Assembly (NCBI GenBank): GCA_001563335.1
Contig: LRSL01000086.1
Location: 15,087-79,086 of the forward strand
Source of the DNA: Candidatus Thorarchaeota archaeon SMTZ1-45
GTDB taxonomy: Archaea > Asgardarchaeota > Thorarchaeia > Thorarchaeales > Thorarchaeaceae
Reading direction: 5' to 3'
DNA: 64,000 nt
Shown: positions 49,833-59,703 of the stretch, one piece after another
Numbering within the stretch: the first letter of the stretch is position 1
How the letters are laid out: every line of letters begins with the position of its first letter
The notes under the pieces: model-generated
Seen by the model: only the letters and a program-made list of their open reading frames with translations
Databases searched by the model: none
What the model was told of the DNA's origin: nothing
Translations under genes and position numbers: made by a program

Positions 49833-50819
49833 TCAATTTTTAACTACATGGACAATTCCATTAAGATGAATTAACTTAGCATGATTCCTACGTTCCAAGA
49901 TTCTAAGAAGGTCATGGCTCTCAGCTAAAGCTAAGAGAAGCGAATTAGAATCATAATCACCATAGATGATTCTTGAGATATCATAGACTGTTTGCGGGGT
50001 GTCTGTTAGTGAGTCAGAAGTCTTCTGGAGTTTGTCGTCATATTCAGTCCGTAGTACTTGAATTCTAGATTTGATGTCAAGAATTGGTTCTCTGTGGCCA
50101 GGTAGTGCAATATAGCTGTTTCTGGAAGCGATTCGATTCAAAGAATCGAGGTAGGTGATTATGCCTATTTTTTCTGACCTTTCGAATGATATGCTTGGGT
50201 TTGAACTGATATCTCCTAGAATGAAATCTCCACTAAAGATAACTTGTTTTTCGTCGCATACATAACATGTCGACCCAGACGAGTGTCCGGGCACCCAGAC
50301 TGCAGAAATATCACCAATACCGGTTTTAAAAGTAGCACCATCATTGAAACTGATAGCTGTTGGAACAGACTCTACAAGTGATTTGAAATACTCAATGAGA
50401 CCTTTTGGTGGCAGTATCGGGCGTTCAGTCTGTGGAACTCCAGAGGATGTAATTAGATCCGTGTAGAACTCCATGTAGAGTTCTGCATACCTATCATAGT
50501 TTACTACTGCTGTGGCGTCCTTCTGATGAATCCATACCTTTGTAGGATTGTCATGGGCATGTGCTCGTTCTCTAACAAATTGCGCAGCCAATCCAATGTG
50601 ATCAATATGACCATGAGTCAGGAGAATCTGCTCAATGTCTGACATAGAATATGACCTTTCTTGGAGCTCTTTCTGGATTATTTCTAAACTCTTGGTAGTC
50701 TTTGGACCTGTATCAATCAGAGTGAGTGGAGAGCTTTCTATAAGGTAACAATTAACACTACCAACAGGAAATGGAGTCGGCACCTCGATTCTAGATACTC
50801 CATCGATTAGATTCTTCAT
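49833..50819 (-). CDS. MBL-fold metallo-hydrolase
   Basis: THGHIDHIG, PGHS, SGD, PGH. Confidence 0.9.
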   Translation of the reverse strand: MKNLIDGVSRIEVPTPFPVGSVNCYLIESSPLTLIDTGPKTTKSLEIIQKELQERSYSMSDIEQILLTHGHIDHIGLAAQFVRERAHAHDNPTKVWIHQKDATAVVNYDRYAELYMEFYTDLITSSGVPQTERPILPPKGLIEYFKSLVESVPTAISFNDGATFKTGIGDISAVWVPGHSSGSTCYVCDEKQVIFSGDFILGDISSNPSISFERSEKIGIITYLDSLNRIASRNSYIALPGHREPILDIKSRIQVLRTEYDDKLQKTSDSLTDTPQTVYDISRIIYGDYDSNSLLLALAESHDLLRILERRNHAKLIHLNGIVHVVKN

Positions 50820-50929
50820 GAGTGATTAGACCAATTGAGGTATTGCCTATATTGTCAATATAAAGAAGGTCATCCAAACAAAAAGTCGTTTCAAAATAAA
50901 TGGACATCTAGATTGTGCCATATTCAGTA

Positions 50930-51001
50930 ATGAAAAGGGTGCTCAACAATATCAAGGCAGGGTTGCTTGACGCTTTCTCAACGTTTAAGACTGTCAGATG
51001 A
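50930..51001 (+). repeat. Interspersed repeat copy (5' half conserved)
   Basis: ATGAAAAGGGTGCTCAACAATATCAAG matches the family consensus. Confidence 0.6.
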
Positions 51002-51022
51002 AGCTTGAGTGTGAATTGAAAA

Positions 51023-51832
51023 ATGAGTATTAACAGTTCAAAATTTGACAAAATCAGGAATATGTTAAATGGAAAGAGAGTTCTTGTGGCATTCAGTGGA
51101 GGTGTGGATAGTACTGTGCTTGCGCACATAGCAAAAGAGACTGCTGTTGACACGAGACTGCTGACCATCGATAGCATTACATTTCCTCGGTCAGAATTGA
51201 ATGCGGCTGTAAGTATAGCAGCAGAGCTAGGTATTGAACTACAAATCATCCAAGTTGATGAACTCTCGAACAAAGATTTGGTCAGGAATCCTGTTGACAG
51301 ATGTTATCATTGTAAGAAAGAGTTGTCTTCTGTCTGGTTGAAAGCTGCAGAAGACATAGGCATGGATTTAGTTGTTGAAGGGACCAATGCTAGCGAGATG
51401 GATGGACATCGTCCTGGTGTAAAAGCGCTTGAGGAATCTGGAGTGATGTCACCATTTAGAGATGCAGGCGTCACAAAAGATGAAATTCGAACTTATGCTA
51501 GAGAGGTGGGACTCTCAGTTGCTGACAGACCTTCTATGGCTTGTCTCTCAAGTAGATTTCCATATGGCACTGAAATTACTGAAGATCGCGTGAGGATAAT
51601 AGATATAGTGGAGAGAGAAATCAAAGAAACCTTTGGTATTGAATGCGTTCGTGCAAGATTTCATGGTGATCTGGTTAGAGTTGAGGTAGGGAGAGAAGAG
51701 AGAAAGAAGTTACTTGATGAAAGCAAACTTGATGAATTACATGAACTAGCGAAAAAGGCAGGGTTCAAGTATGTCACTCTTGATGCTTTTGGATATAGAA
51801 CTGGTGCCATGAATGAAACTCTTGAGTCCTAA
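51023..51832 (+). CDS. larE: ATP-dependent sacrificial sulfur transferase LarE
   Basis: AFSGGVDS, RCYHCK, RPG, ACLSSRFPYG, YVTLD..GYRTG. Confidence 0.92.
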   Translation: MSINSSKFDKIRNMLNGKRVLVAFSGGVDSTVLAHIAKETAVDTRLLTIDSITFPRSELNAAVSIAAELGIELQIIQVDELSNKDLVRNPVDRCYHCKKELSSVWLKAAEDIGMDLVVEGTNASEMDGHRPGVKALEESGVMSPFRDAGVTKDEIRTYAREVGLSVADRPSMACLSSRFPYGTEITEDRVRIIDIVEREIKETFGIECVRARFHGDLVRVEVGREERKKLLDESKLDELHELAKKAGFKYVTLDAFGYRTGAMNETLES

Positions 51833-51965
51833 TGAGTTTTCAACTGTTTCATATAGTCTAAGTGAAAGAGTCTACGAATTTATCCTTCACCAAGACCTTT
51901 ATTAATTATAGTTAAGATAATTATAGGAAGATGCGTTTACACGTAATGAAAATAGGTGATGGGAC

Positions 51966-52367
51966 TTGACTGAAAACCTGAAGATATCTGAAACCATCCA
52001 AGCAAAGCCAGAGGACATTTACAATGCTTGGTTAGATGGCGAGAAGCATAGTGAGATGACTGGGAGCAAAGCAATAGTGGAACTGAAAGTCAATGGAATG
52101 TTTACTGCATGGGATGGATATATTGAAGGGAAAACAATTGAAATGAGCCCCCATCAAAGAATTGTACAGAAATGGCGTACAACTGATTTTCCGTCTGACA
52201 GTCCCGACTCGAAACTTGAAATCATTTTGAAAAGGGTGGAAAAAGGAACAAGAATAACTTTGGTCCATTCAGAAATTCCCGAGGGCCAGGCTGATGAATA
52301 TAGAAAAGGTTGGCAGGAATTCTATTTCGACCCAATGAAAAGATATTTCGAAATAAAATCAGATTGA
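51966..52367 (+). CDS. SRPBCC/Aha1-like domain protein
   Basis: IYNAWLD, FTAWDGYIEG, RIVQKWR, GWQEFYFDPM. Confidence 0.9.
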   Translation: MTENLKISETIQAKPEDIYNAWLDGEKHSEMTGSKAIVELKVNGMFTAWDGYIEGKTIEMSPHQRIVQKWRTTDFPSDSPDSKLEIILKRVEKGTRITLVHSEIPEGQADEYRKGWQEFYFDPMKRYFEIKSD

Positions 52368-52542
52368 AAGCCTGGTATTTGCGTTGACTTGCCGTTATTA
52401 ATACAGAATTTTTCATCAGTCTAAGACTTTGTTTTGGAAGTGACCAGGGTCTATACCAGCGAGTGTAGAGAGAATGAATCTTGTCAAGGGTCGTGACAAT
52501 AATAGAAGTAACCTATCTAACTCCATTTCTTTTTGATTGTCA

Positions 52543-53355
52543 CTATTCATCATCTATCGACTCCAATTCCTCTGCTTTTTTGATAGCAGTATCAGCGAGA
52601 ATGAAAGCAAAGGGAGCAGTGAAGATTGAAACCATTAACAATGCGACACTTATACCTGATAACCAAGGTATCTCCCCAGATGCAACTAGGATTAGGAATA
52701 TACCTAGAGTAGACACTGAAACTACAGCAAATACTGAGAACGCTAAGAAATTCCCTCTATTTGGGGATCGCATGAGAAACCAGCTGTCGGAGATGAGAAG
52801 GAGAACAGAGAGCCCAAGATTGTATTTCCGTGCAATCTTTACCAAATTGTTCGCTGAACTCGCTGTTAACATCAAAGTGAGTATGAAGACGGTTATTGTC
52901 AAGACGGAAATAAATTGATTTTGTCCAAGCGTGAGTAATATAAAAATGAAACTGAAAAGCACAAGCATAATTCCAAAACCAAATCCAACCTGCATTTTGA
53001 ACAGATGTATCTCCTCTTTGGGTGTCATAGTCATGGCGGCAGACAGGACACCATATCGATCCACTTGACGCTCCTCTCTGACTTGATCGAGTAGAATCAA
53101 TGCCTTCTTGCCAAGGGCGGTTATCCTGTACTCACCATTGACAGTTTCTATCAGACCTACTTCTGCGAGCTCTTTGAGATGATAGTTGAACGTACCACTC
53201 TCAAGAGATGGGTCAAGACCCAAGACATGCATTAGTTGTGTATAAGAGGCACTACCTCTTTTTGAAATGAGCTGAATGATCTCTCTTCTAGTGGAATTCG
53301 AGAGTGCCTTTAACACTCCTTCGTGATATTCTCTTGATGACTTCAATAGTATCAC
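52543..53355 (-). CDS. ArsR-type HTH fused to a membrane domain (start uncertain)
   Basis: LKALSNSTRREII...FNYHLKEL...YRITALG followed by about 4 TMs. Confidence 0.8.
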   Translation of the reverse strand: MILLKSSREYHEGVLKALSNSTRREIIQLISKRGSASYTQLMHVLGLDPSLESGTFNYHLKELAEVGLIETVNGEYRITALGKKALILLDQVREERQVDRYGVLSAAMTMTPKEEIHLFKMQVGFGFGIMLVLFSFIFILLTLGQNQFISVLTITVFILTLMLTASSANNLVKIARKYNLGLSVLLLISDSWFLMRSPNRGNFLAFSVFAVVSVSTLGIFLILVASGEIPWLSGISVALLMVSIFTAPFAFILADTAIKKAEELESIDDE

Positions 53356-53461
53356 GTAGTGTTTTGTTTCGAACTTATTTAAGCCATTTTCACGAAATTT
53401 TTCGACAATATCTCTGTCAGTTTGTTGAATAATTTCGACATGTTTTATGATGTTTTTTAAA

Positions 53462-53522
53462 ATGACAAGGCTGCTCAACAGTGTGATTTTGTTAGGTTTC
53501 CCATGTAAATGATCCTACTGCC
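53462..53522 (+). repeat. Degenerate interspersed repeat copy
   Basis: ATGACAAGGCTGCTCAACAGTGT...GTTTCCC...CCTACT. Confidence 0.5.
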
Positions 53523-53545
53523 TTTTTCTTCATATCAATCTGATG

Positions 53546-54022
53546 TTAAATCTCCTTCTCCATCCAGATATTAAAACCCCATGGGTTTGGAATTGAGCTG
53601 GTCTGTGTATATCCTCGATTCTTGTAGAATCTGATTGCCCATGTAGCATTACAGTCCGTTACCAGTCGTATTTTCTTCAACCCCATATCTCTTGCTACAG
53701 CTTCTATATGAGAAACCAGAGCTGTACCGATTCCTTGTTTCTGATGATTTGGTAATACATAGACCCAGCGGATTCGACCAGTTTCTGCGGCTTCAACGCT
53801 CAATGCAGCTACTGCTATAATGCTTCCCTCATATCTGTGTATATAGAAAGTCATATTCTCTAAACTTTCTTCATACTCTTTGAGTGTGATAATTGGTTCT
53901 CTGAAATACTGCTTTGGAATTATTCGACCAAACGCATCACGATTGGATGAGTTGATGACATTGATTATTTCTTGAGCATCCTTCAGTTTCGATTTTTCAA
54001 TAAGAGATTCTGCATCTTTCAA
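53546..54022 (-). CDS. GNAT acetyltransferase
   Basis: YVLPNHQKQGIGTAL, AIRFYKNRGY. Confidence 0.88.
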   Translation of the reverse strand: MKDAESLIEKSKLKDAQEIINVINSSNRDAFGRIIPKQYFREPIITLKEYEESLENMTFYIHRYEGSIIAVAALSVEAAETGRIRWVYVLPNHQKQGIGTALVSHIEAVARDMGLKKIRLVTDCNATWAIRFYKNRGYTQTSSIPNPWGFNIWMEKEI

Positions 54023-54203
54023 ACTACATCATGTATCATTAATGTTAAGGAACAATATGAATAATGAGCACTATTCCTAGTTAGCAACCTGAAAGTGTGT
54101 TTGATAATCTAGGCTAAGCTAAGTTTCTTCATTATGACTGGAGCGCCTGGTTGACTAAAACCAGTTTCCAGTTCATTTAGTAGGCTGTCAGGCAGCTTAG
54201 TTC

Positions 54204-54872
54204 CTACTGAGAGAGATATTGATCCAAATTGCCTTTCCAATTCTTATGTTCGTGTTCTGGTAACTCCTGAACTCTGCATAACGGTCTGGCGATGATTTCT
54301 CGAATCTCGAAGGACTTGAAGAAATTCATTGTGTATGTTGGTCGAACACATAGAGCTGTATCGAGCCCCTTGAATGTACCAGCACATGAAATAACATCCT
54401 CACCCTCTCTAACTTCTCCAGAGTCCACTGCGATGATTGCTGCCTCAATAGCAATTTTAGTTCCTGCGCCAAACACCTCGAGTGTCTTATCAATAATCGC
54501 CTCAGGTGTAGGGGCGTTCCAGTCTAAGGATCTTGATGGTGGCGCGAAAGGTCTTGTGCTCTGAACTATCTTGACACCATTACTGATCAAAGTCTCTCGA
54601 GTCTCGGAGTATTCAGAACGACTAAGGCCTATTGGTATTCTTCCTTTTGGACCCCAGGTCGATGCAGGGTAGTGAGTAACAACAATCAAAACAATATCCA
54701 GATCCTTGAAGACATCAAGAACTCTCAAAGCGCTTCGGCCAGTTTCAGAAGCAACTATTACTTTGGTCAGCCCAAGCGCCTTGCAGCGGTTTCTTGCTGC
54801 TAACAATGTCTTTTCAGTATTTATCTCACCACAGTACTGGAAATATAATGTTGGGCGCTCTACATCACCCAT
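54204..54872 (-). CDS. Pyruvate-kinase C-terminal-like (PK_C) archaeal protein
   Basis: GEINTEKTL, VASETGRSA, GTKIAIE, GLDTA, IREII; start trimmed to the ATG after a GGAGA SD. Confidence 0.82.
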   Translation of the reverse strand: MGDVERPTLYFQYCGEINTEKTLLAARNRCKALGLTKVIVASETGRSALRVLDVFKDLDIVLIVVTHYPASTWGPKGRIPIGLSRSEYSETRETLISNGVKIVQSTRPFAPPSRSLDWNAPTPEAIIDKTLEVFGAGTKIAIEAAIIAVDSGEVREGEDVISCAGTFKGLDTALCVRPTYTMNFFKSFEIREIIARPLCRVQELPEHEHKNWKGNLDQYLSQ

Positions 54873-54980
54873 TCGTCTATCATCTCCCTGAAACGTATGG
54901 TGCCTTTTGCCTATGAAGATGTGGTCCTTAGAAACAGATATGATAGACAGTAGTTCCAATACTCTAACACACCGAGAGAA

Positions 54981-55481
54981 GTGAATAATATAGATGATTG
55001 CTGTATTATGATATATGTGATAATAATGACTTCAGAAAATCATTCGGAAAAGGAGTCGATTCTAAGACTTCGTGATAATTGGGAGGAGGCTGTCGCTTTT
55101 AGGGTTACAATTATAGATGATGGGAATTGCCGCGCAAATCACAAAGTTGGCCAAAAGTTTGAATTTAGCTGGAAATCTCCAGAGGGTATTTGCACAGAGA
55201 GCCTTGTTGGAATGTATCCCATATTACATTCCATGCGAGTATTTGGTGATATGAGGGAATTAGGTAGTTCTGAGCGTAATGTGAGGGTGTATAATTGCCC
55301 ATCTCGAGAGATCAAATTCAAGATCAAGGCCCTCTACAAATGTAACATATGCGGAAGTCAGTTACAGGTTAACCAAGATGGAGTTCAATCACTACAACTG
55401 CAGTGTACAAAGCCAGAATTTCCCCTACGTGTATGTGAAAGCTGTTATTCCAATTATAAAGAGAAGAGAATCGAGTGGTAG
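54981..55481 (+). CDS. TIGR04076-like Cys-rich protein with C-terminal Zn ribbon
   Basis: GNCRANHKVGQKF, GIC...MYP, NCP; CNIC...CESC. Confidence 0.72.
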   Translation: MNNIDDCCIMIYVIIMTSENHSEKESILRLRDNWEEAVAFRVTIIDDGNCRANHKVGQKFEFSWKSPEGICTESLVGMYPILHSMRVFGDMRELGSSERNVRVYNCPSREIKFKIKALYKCNICGSQLQVNQDGVQSLQLQCTKPEFPLRVCESCYSNYKEKRIEW

Positions 55482-55510
55482 TATCAATAGCAGTATGATT
55501 ATCTAAAAAC

Positions 55511-55578
55511 AAATAGGGCGTTCAAGAGAACACTACTAAGGCAAAGCCCCTGTTCTACAAATCCGATCAATCTTACAT
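55511..55578 (+). repeat. Degenerate interspersed repeat copy
   Basis: AGGGCGTTCAA...GGCAAAGCCCCTGTTC...TCAATCTTAC. Confidence 0.5.
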
Positions 55579-55629
55579 ATTGTAACTATTAGGTTAATCG
55601 TGGTATGTTTTTGTCGCACCACATATTTT

Positions 55630-55651
55630 ATAATGAATCTTGATTCATTAT
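55630..55651. promoter_or_regulatory. TGAAT-N4-ATTCA operator overlapping a TATA box
   Basis: ATAATGAATC-TT-GATTCATTAT, nearly identical to the site at 28393. Confidence 0.72.
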
Positions 55652-55699
55652 TTATTGCCGTTGTTGGGATTTCAATCTCAAAATAACATTTGAGAGAAG

Positions 55700-56557
55700 G
55701 TGTTCAAGACGTCAAAAGTTGTTTCTAAAGTAAGTGAGATGGTTCCGCCTGAAGTAAAAGAGAATATGAGAGATGTGAAACACAAAATCGTTGTACTCTC
55801 TGGCAAAGGTGGTGTAGGTAAGACCACAGTCGCAACTAACATGGCAATGTTATTTGCAAAGAGGGGACTCAAGTCTGGAATCCTCGATGTCGATATATAT
55901 GGACCAAATGTGCCTAAACTCTTAGGTCTCGAGGGTGAACACCCACACGCAGAACACCAAAAGCTATTGCCAGTTGAGGGACCACTGGGTCTCAAAGTGA
56001 TGAGTATGGGTTTTCTTCTTCGAAACAGTGATGATGCTATTGCTTGGAGAGGTCCATTAGTGGGAAAGGCTATTCAGCAATTCCTAAGTGACGTCAAATG
56101 GGGCGAGCTGGATGTGATCGTTGTTGACCTACCACCAGGCACAGGAGATGAGATTCTGAGCATTCTCCAGTCAATTCCTGAGATTGATGGTGTCATTATT
56201 GTATCAACTCCTCAAGAGGTCGCTGTATTGGATGCACGTCGAGCAATTCGACTTGTAGAGAAGATGGGAGTACGGATTCTTGGTATTATAGAGAACATGA
56301 GTGAGTTTGTATGTCCACACTGTGGTAAGTCGTACAATCTTTTTGGAGAAGGTGTGACTCAGAAAGCCGCCAACGAGTTTGGAATTAGGCACCTCGGCTC
56401 CTTACCACTAGATCCAAGAATCATCAGCCTCTCTGATAGGGGAACTCCTTTTGTCGTGGAAGACCCAGAATCCAAAGCTGCCAAAGCATTTGGAGTGGTC
56501 GTTGATCAGCTCAGTAAGACAATCGGCATCAAAAAGAATCAGGGTGAGAAAAAATGA
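55700..56557 (+). CDS. mrp: Mrp/NBP35 Fe-S carrier ATPase
   Basis: SGKGGVGKTT, DVDIYGP, WRGP, DLPPGTGD, ENMS...CPHCG. Confidence 0.95.
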   Translation: MFKTSKVVSKVSEMVPPEVKENMRDVKHKIVVLSGKGGVGKTTVATNMAMLFAKRGLKSGILDVDIYGPNVPKLLGLEGEHPHAEHQKLLPVEGPLGLKVMSMGFLLRNSDDAIAWRGPLVGKAIQQFLSDVKWGELDVIVVDLPPGTGDEILSILQSIPEIDGVIIVSTPQEVAVLDARRAIRLVEKMGVRILGIIENMSEFVCPHCGKSYNLFGEGVTQKAANEFGIRHLGSLPLDPRIISLSDRGTPFVVEDPESKAAKAFGVVVDQLSKTIGIKKNQGEKK

Positions 56558-56841
56558 GAGGTGGATATGGACGGTCAGGCAGTAGAGGTCGTTGGCCAGG
56601 AAATGGTCCATTCCAGGACCTACCACCATGGGAGAGACCTGGTTGGCTCTATGGACGTGGATCTTGTTGGTATATGGGATATCGTCCCGGTATTGACTAT
56701 ACAGTTCAGCCATTTTCAGTAGCCAACAATCTTCAATCTTTGCAGAGCCAAAAAAAACTGCTTGAAGAACAAATCAGAAGTCTTCAGGATAGACTAAAGA
56801 ATATTGAGAAACATCTGTCAGAGATTCAAAAACAGGAGTAG
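56554..56841 (+). CDS. DUF5320-like protein
   Basis: Gly/Arg-rich N-terminus, PPWERPGW, C-terminal coiled coil. Confidence 0.75.
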   Translation: MRGGYGRSGSRGRWPGNGPFQDLPPWERPGWLYGRGSCWYMGYRPGIDYTVQPFSVANNLQSLQSQKKLLEEQIRSLQDRLKNIEKHLSEIQKQE

Positions 56842-56888
56842 ATTATCTACAGGTGTGAATAACGAGTGGTACTAATGGTACCGAAACG

Positions 56889-57899
56889 ATGTGTATAACT
56901 ATGACATACACATATGGCCCAGTGGCATCATGGCGCTATGGACGCTCTTTGGGAATTGATGTAACGACTCGTCCAAAGAAGTGCACCTTCAACTGCATCT
57001 ATTGTCAATTGGGCTCAACGATAGAACATGTAGTTTCACCAGATGATATTCTAGATAAATTGCCATCTTCTCAGGATATCCTCAAAGAGGTCTATAGTGT
57101 TTTAAGACGGTTAGATTTGAACTCCATCGATGCTGTAACATTCTCTGGAGCAGGAGAACCCACTCTAAACTTGGAAATTGGTGTGTTAGCAGATGCAATA
57201 AAAAGAGAGATTCAGAGTTTACCTCTTGTACTTCTGACAAATGCATCACTTCTCCAAACCCCTGAGGTGAGAAAGAACCTTACTGGATTTGATATTATTT
57301 CTGCCAAGATGGATGCAGGTGATGATAGAACCTTCAGACTCATCAATCATCCAGCACGGGGTATTTTCACATTGGATGACATTATTGATGGCATTAAGAA
57401 ACTACATAAACAGATGTATGGCACTCTGGCTCTAGAGGTCATGCTTCTAAAAGGACCACAGGGATTGACGAATGCAGAAGGACAAGCTAGAGGAGCACTC
57501 ATTGAGAGGATTCTTGAGATCACACCTGATGTTGTACAGATCTACACTCCTTGGCGTCCCTCTGCAGTTGAGGGCATTCAACCACTCTCAGTCAACATTC
57601 TACACGAGTTTGGGCAGGAGCTTGGTGAGTATCTTGGCATGGATAAAATATGGGTTTATGGTTACCATGATGCCCGAAACAAACCCGTGAGATGGAAAAA
57701 TCATAATAAAATTGAGAATGAGATCATTGATCTACTCAGACGCAGACCATGCAGAATTTCGGATGTCATAGTTTCCATGGGAATAAAGACAGCACTCGCG
57801 AAACACATCCTAAACAGCCTTCTCAAAAGTGGAGAGGTATCGATACAGAAGATAGAGAATGAATCCTTCTACAGAATCGTTAATTATCCAGAGGTTTGA
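56889..57899 (+). CDS. Radical SAM protein with C-terminal HTH
   Basis: YGPVASWRYGRSLGID, CTFNCIYCQ, GAGEPTL. Confidence 0.9.
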   Translation: MCITMTYTYGPVASWRYGRSLGIDVTTRPKKCTFNCIYCQLGSTIEHVVSPDDILDKLPSSQDILKEVYSVLRRLDLNSIDAVTFSGAGEPTLNLEIGVLADAIKREIQSLPLVLLTNASLLQTPEVRKNLTGFDIISAKMDAGDDRTFRLINHPARGIFTLDDIIDGIKKLHKQMYGTLALEVMLLKGPQGLTNAEGQARGALIERILEITPDVVQIYTPWRPSAVEGIQPLSVNILHEFGQELGEYLGMDKIWVYGYHDARNKPVRWKNHNKIENEIIDLLRRRPCRISDVIVSMGIKTALAKHILNSLLKSGEVSIQKIENESFYRIVNYPEV

Positions 57900-57952
57900 A
57901 TAGAGGAATTCAACATTGTCATGAGTCCCTCTCAGAGGAATTGAAATGTAAA

Positions 57953-58023
57953 ATGAAAAGGGTGTCCAATACTGTAAGGAATGGAAGATTGCCTTACTCA
58001 TCCAACATTATCAACCTATACTT
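57953..58023 (+). repeat. Interspersed repeat copy
   Basis: ATGAAAAGGGTGTCCAATACTGTAAGGAATGGAAGATTGCCT...TCAACCTATACTT. Confidence 0.65.
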
Positions 58024-58139
58024 TTTGCCCATCATAGTAGCATCTAAGATAGACTACAAACCGTTTTTCTTGATGAGCTTTAATGAAGCACATTCATAAT
58101 GTGTTGTAATAATACAGATTGTTATGGTCATGTGAAACT

Positions 58140-58649
58140 TTACTTGGTAGATAGTTTTTCTAAATCTTCGAGAATGGCCTCAAGATCTTCTTCATGCTCA
58201 ACTTCATCTGCAAGAATCTCTAGAACCATCTTATGAGTGATTGGATCTTTTCCCTCAGTCATCTCGACCAATTTGTTATATACTACTATGGCACATTGTT
58301 CCCCCTTGATGTTCTGGACTAATAACGCACGAACCGATGGATCTGATGGCGTTTCATATCCACAGTTTGTTTCTTTATACCAATCCTCCGGTTTAATCAA
58401 AGGAGTTCCACCCAACTGAATCATTCTCTCTACCAGCATCCCAGCATGTCGAAGCTCATCACCAGCATGTTCCATTAGTTCTGCCTCTAAGAGACCTCTC
58501 ATTGGTCCGACAACTATCTGCGCTCCAATCCAATATTGATAATATGCCAACCATTCATCTGCAAATGCTTTATTGAGTAGCTTTAGTAGTTCATCGACAT
58601 CAAGTTTGGCTTTGACTATTTCCGTTCCTTTACTTCCCATTATGATCAC
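58140..58649 (-). CDS. DPS-like (DPSL) ferritin-family protein
   Basis: ADEWLAYYQYW, DELRHA, GEQCAI, DEVEHE. Confidence 0.9.
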   Translation of the reverse strand: MIIMGSKGTEIVKAKLDVDELLKLLNKAFADEWLAYYQYWIGAQIVVGPMRGLLEAELMEHAGDELRHAGMLVERMIQLGGTPLIKPEDWYKETNCGYETPSDPSVRALLVQNIKGEQCAIVVYNKLVEMTEGKDPITHKMVLEILADEVEHEEDLEAILEDLEKLSTK

Positions 58650-58791
58650 CCTGTATTATGAATTCGGAGCATGTTCAACTATGAGAAATTGAATCATGAT
58701 TCGCTTCATAACGTTGAGTCGTGGGTAATATTAGACTTTCGCTTTAGAATGGCAGAATTTCTATCCCCTGCGTGCAATGTTTACTACTATG

Positions 58792-58868
58792 TTGAAAGGG
58801 ATGTTCAATACTACCGAGAGAAGATTAGTTCCCTGATTACCTGACTTTCTCGTAAACCTGCACCTTTC
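58792..58868 (+). repeat. Interspersed repeat copy
   Basis: TGAAAGGGATGTTCAATAC...AGTTCCCTGATTACCTGAC. Confidence 0.6.
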
Positions 58869-58950
58869 TCTTTCTGAAGACAGAGCAAGCTGTATTGATT
58901 ATTTAAGATGATAGAAAACGCAAGAGGTGTTACTGAGGGGATATTGCTCA

Positions 58951-59454
58951 TTAATCATGATCATTTTCAAAACGATCATCAGCTTTGAATGAGTGGTCTT
59001 TTCTAATTGGGGACATTCCAAGCCAGCCTGATGTTGCTAGAGGTCTATTATCAAACTCTGGAACAAAGGGTTTGATATCAAGTAGTGGTGTTTCATCAAG
59101 CATGTCAACTCCTTTAATATATAGACGTGTTCCCTCAATGCTGACTAGTTTTACAATAGAAATTCCAATAGGATTGGGGCGTGATGGGGCTCTTATGGCA
59201 AATATGCCATGCGAGTCGGTATCAAGGTATGGTTTCATTTGCATCTTGGGGGCTTTAGCCTTATGAAACCAATACAGGAGAATGATGTGTGAAAACCCAT
59301 CCAGAGACTTGAGACCATCACGGAATTCTTCGAATACCTCAACATACCCGAGAGCATCAGACTTGCTCGATTGAATTGGAGTGGCTTTGCTCGATTTGAA
59401 AGGAGTTCTGATAGTTCCGATGGATTGTATCTTGAACTCTTGTGGTTTACTCAT
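58951..59454 (-). CDS. tsaA: tRNA m6t6A37 methyltransferase TsaA/TrmO family
   Basis: FSHIILLYWFH, GIFAIRAPSRPNPIG, DMLDETPLLDIKPF. Confidence 0.92.
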   Translation of the reverse strand: MSKPQEFKIQSIGTIRTPFKSSKATPIQSSKSDALGYVEVFEEFRDGLKSLDGFSHIILLYWFHKAKAPKMQMKPYLDTDSHGIFAIRAPSRPNPIGISIVKLVSIEGTRLYIKGVDMLDETPLLDIKPFVPEFDNRPLATSGWLGMSPIRKDHSFKADDRFENDHD

Positions 59455-59607
59455 GGTAGATTGAATAACTACATTATCAGATATCTGTTATTGGAGATAC
59501 TCACCGTTACAACTAAACTACTGGAACTACTCAAACAGGAAGCTAAGCAACTGGATTAAACATAACGTTAGTATTGACTTGTTCTCGTTTGTAAGTAATT
59601 TATCAAA

Positions 59608-59678
59608 ATGAAAAGTGTACTCAACAACGTCAGAAAGGGAAAGTTCCCTGTTCACTCGACCCCGTCAGCCTCTACTTC
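59608..59678 (+). repeat. Interspersed repeat, well-conserved copy
   Basis: ATGAAAAGTGTACTCAACAACGTCAGAAAGGGAAAGTTCCCTGTTCACTCGACCCCGTCAGCCTCTACTTC. Confidence 0.85.
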
Positions 59679-59703
59679 AAACATTGTATGAAGAATATGT
59701 AAA

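Noticed and set aside
59620-59670. Repeat as a SECIS element
   Set aside because: GUGAA...UGA resembles the core, but the upper helix is too short and the adjacent intact genes have no in-frame TGA.
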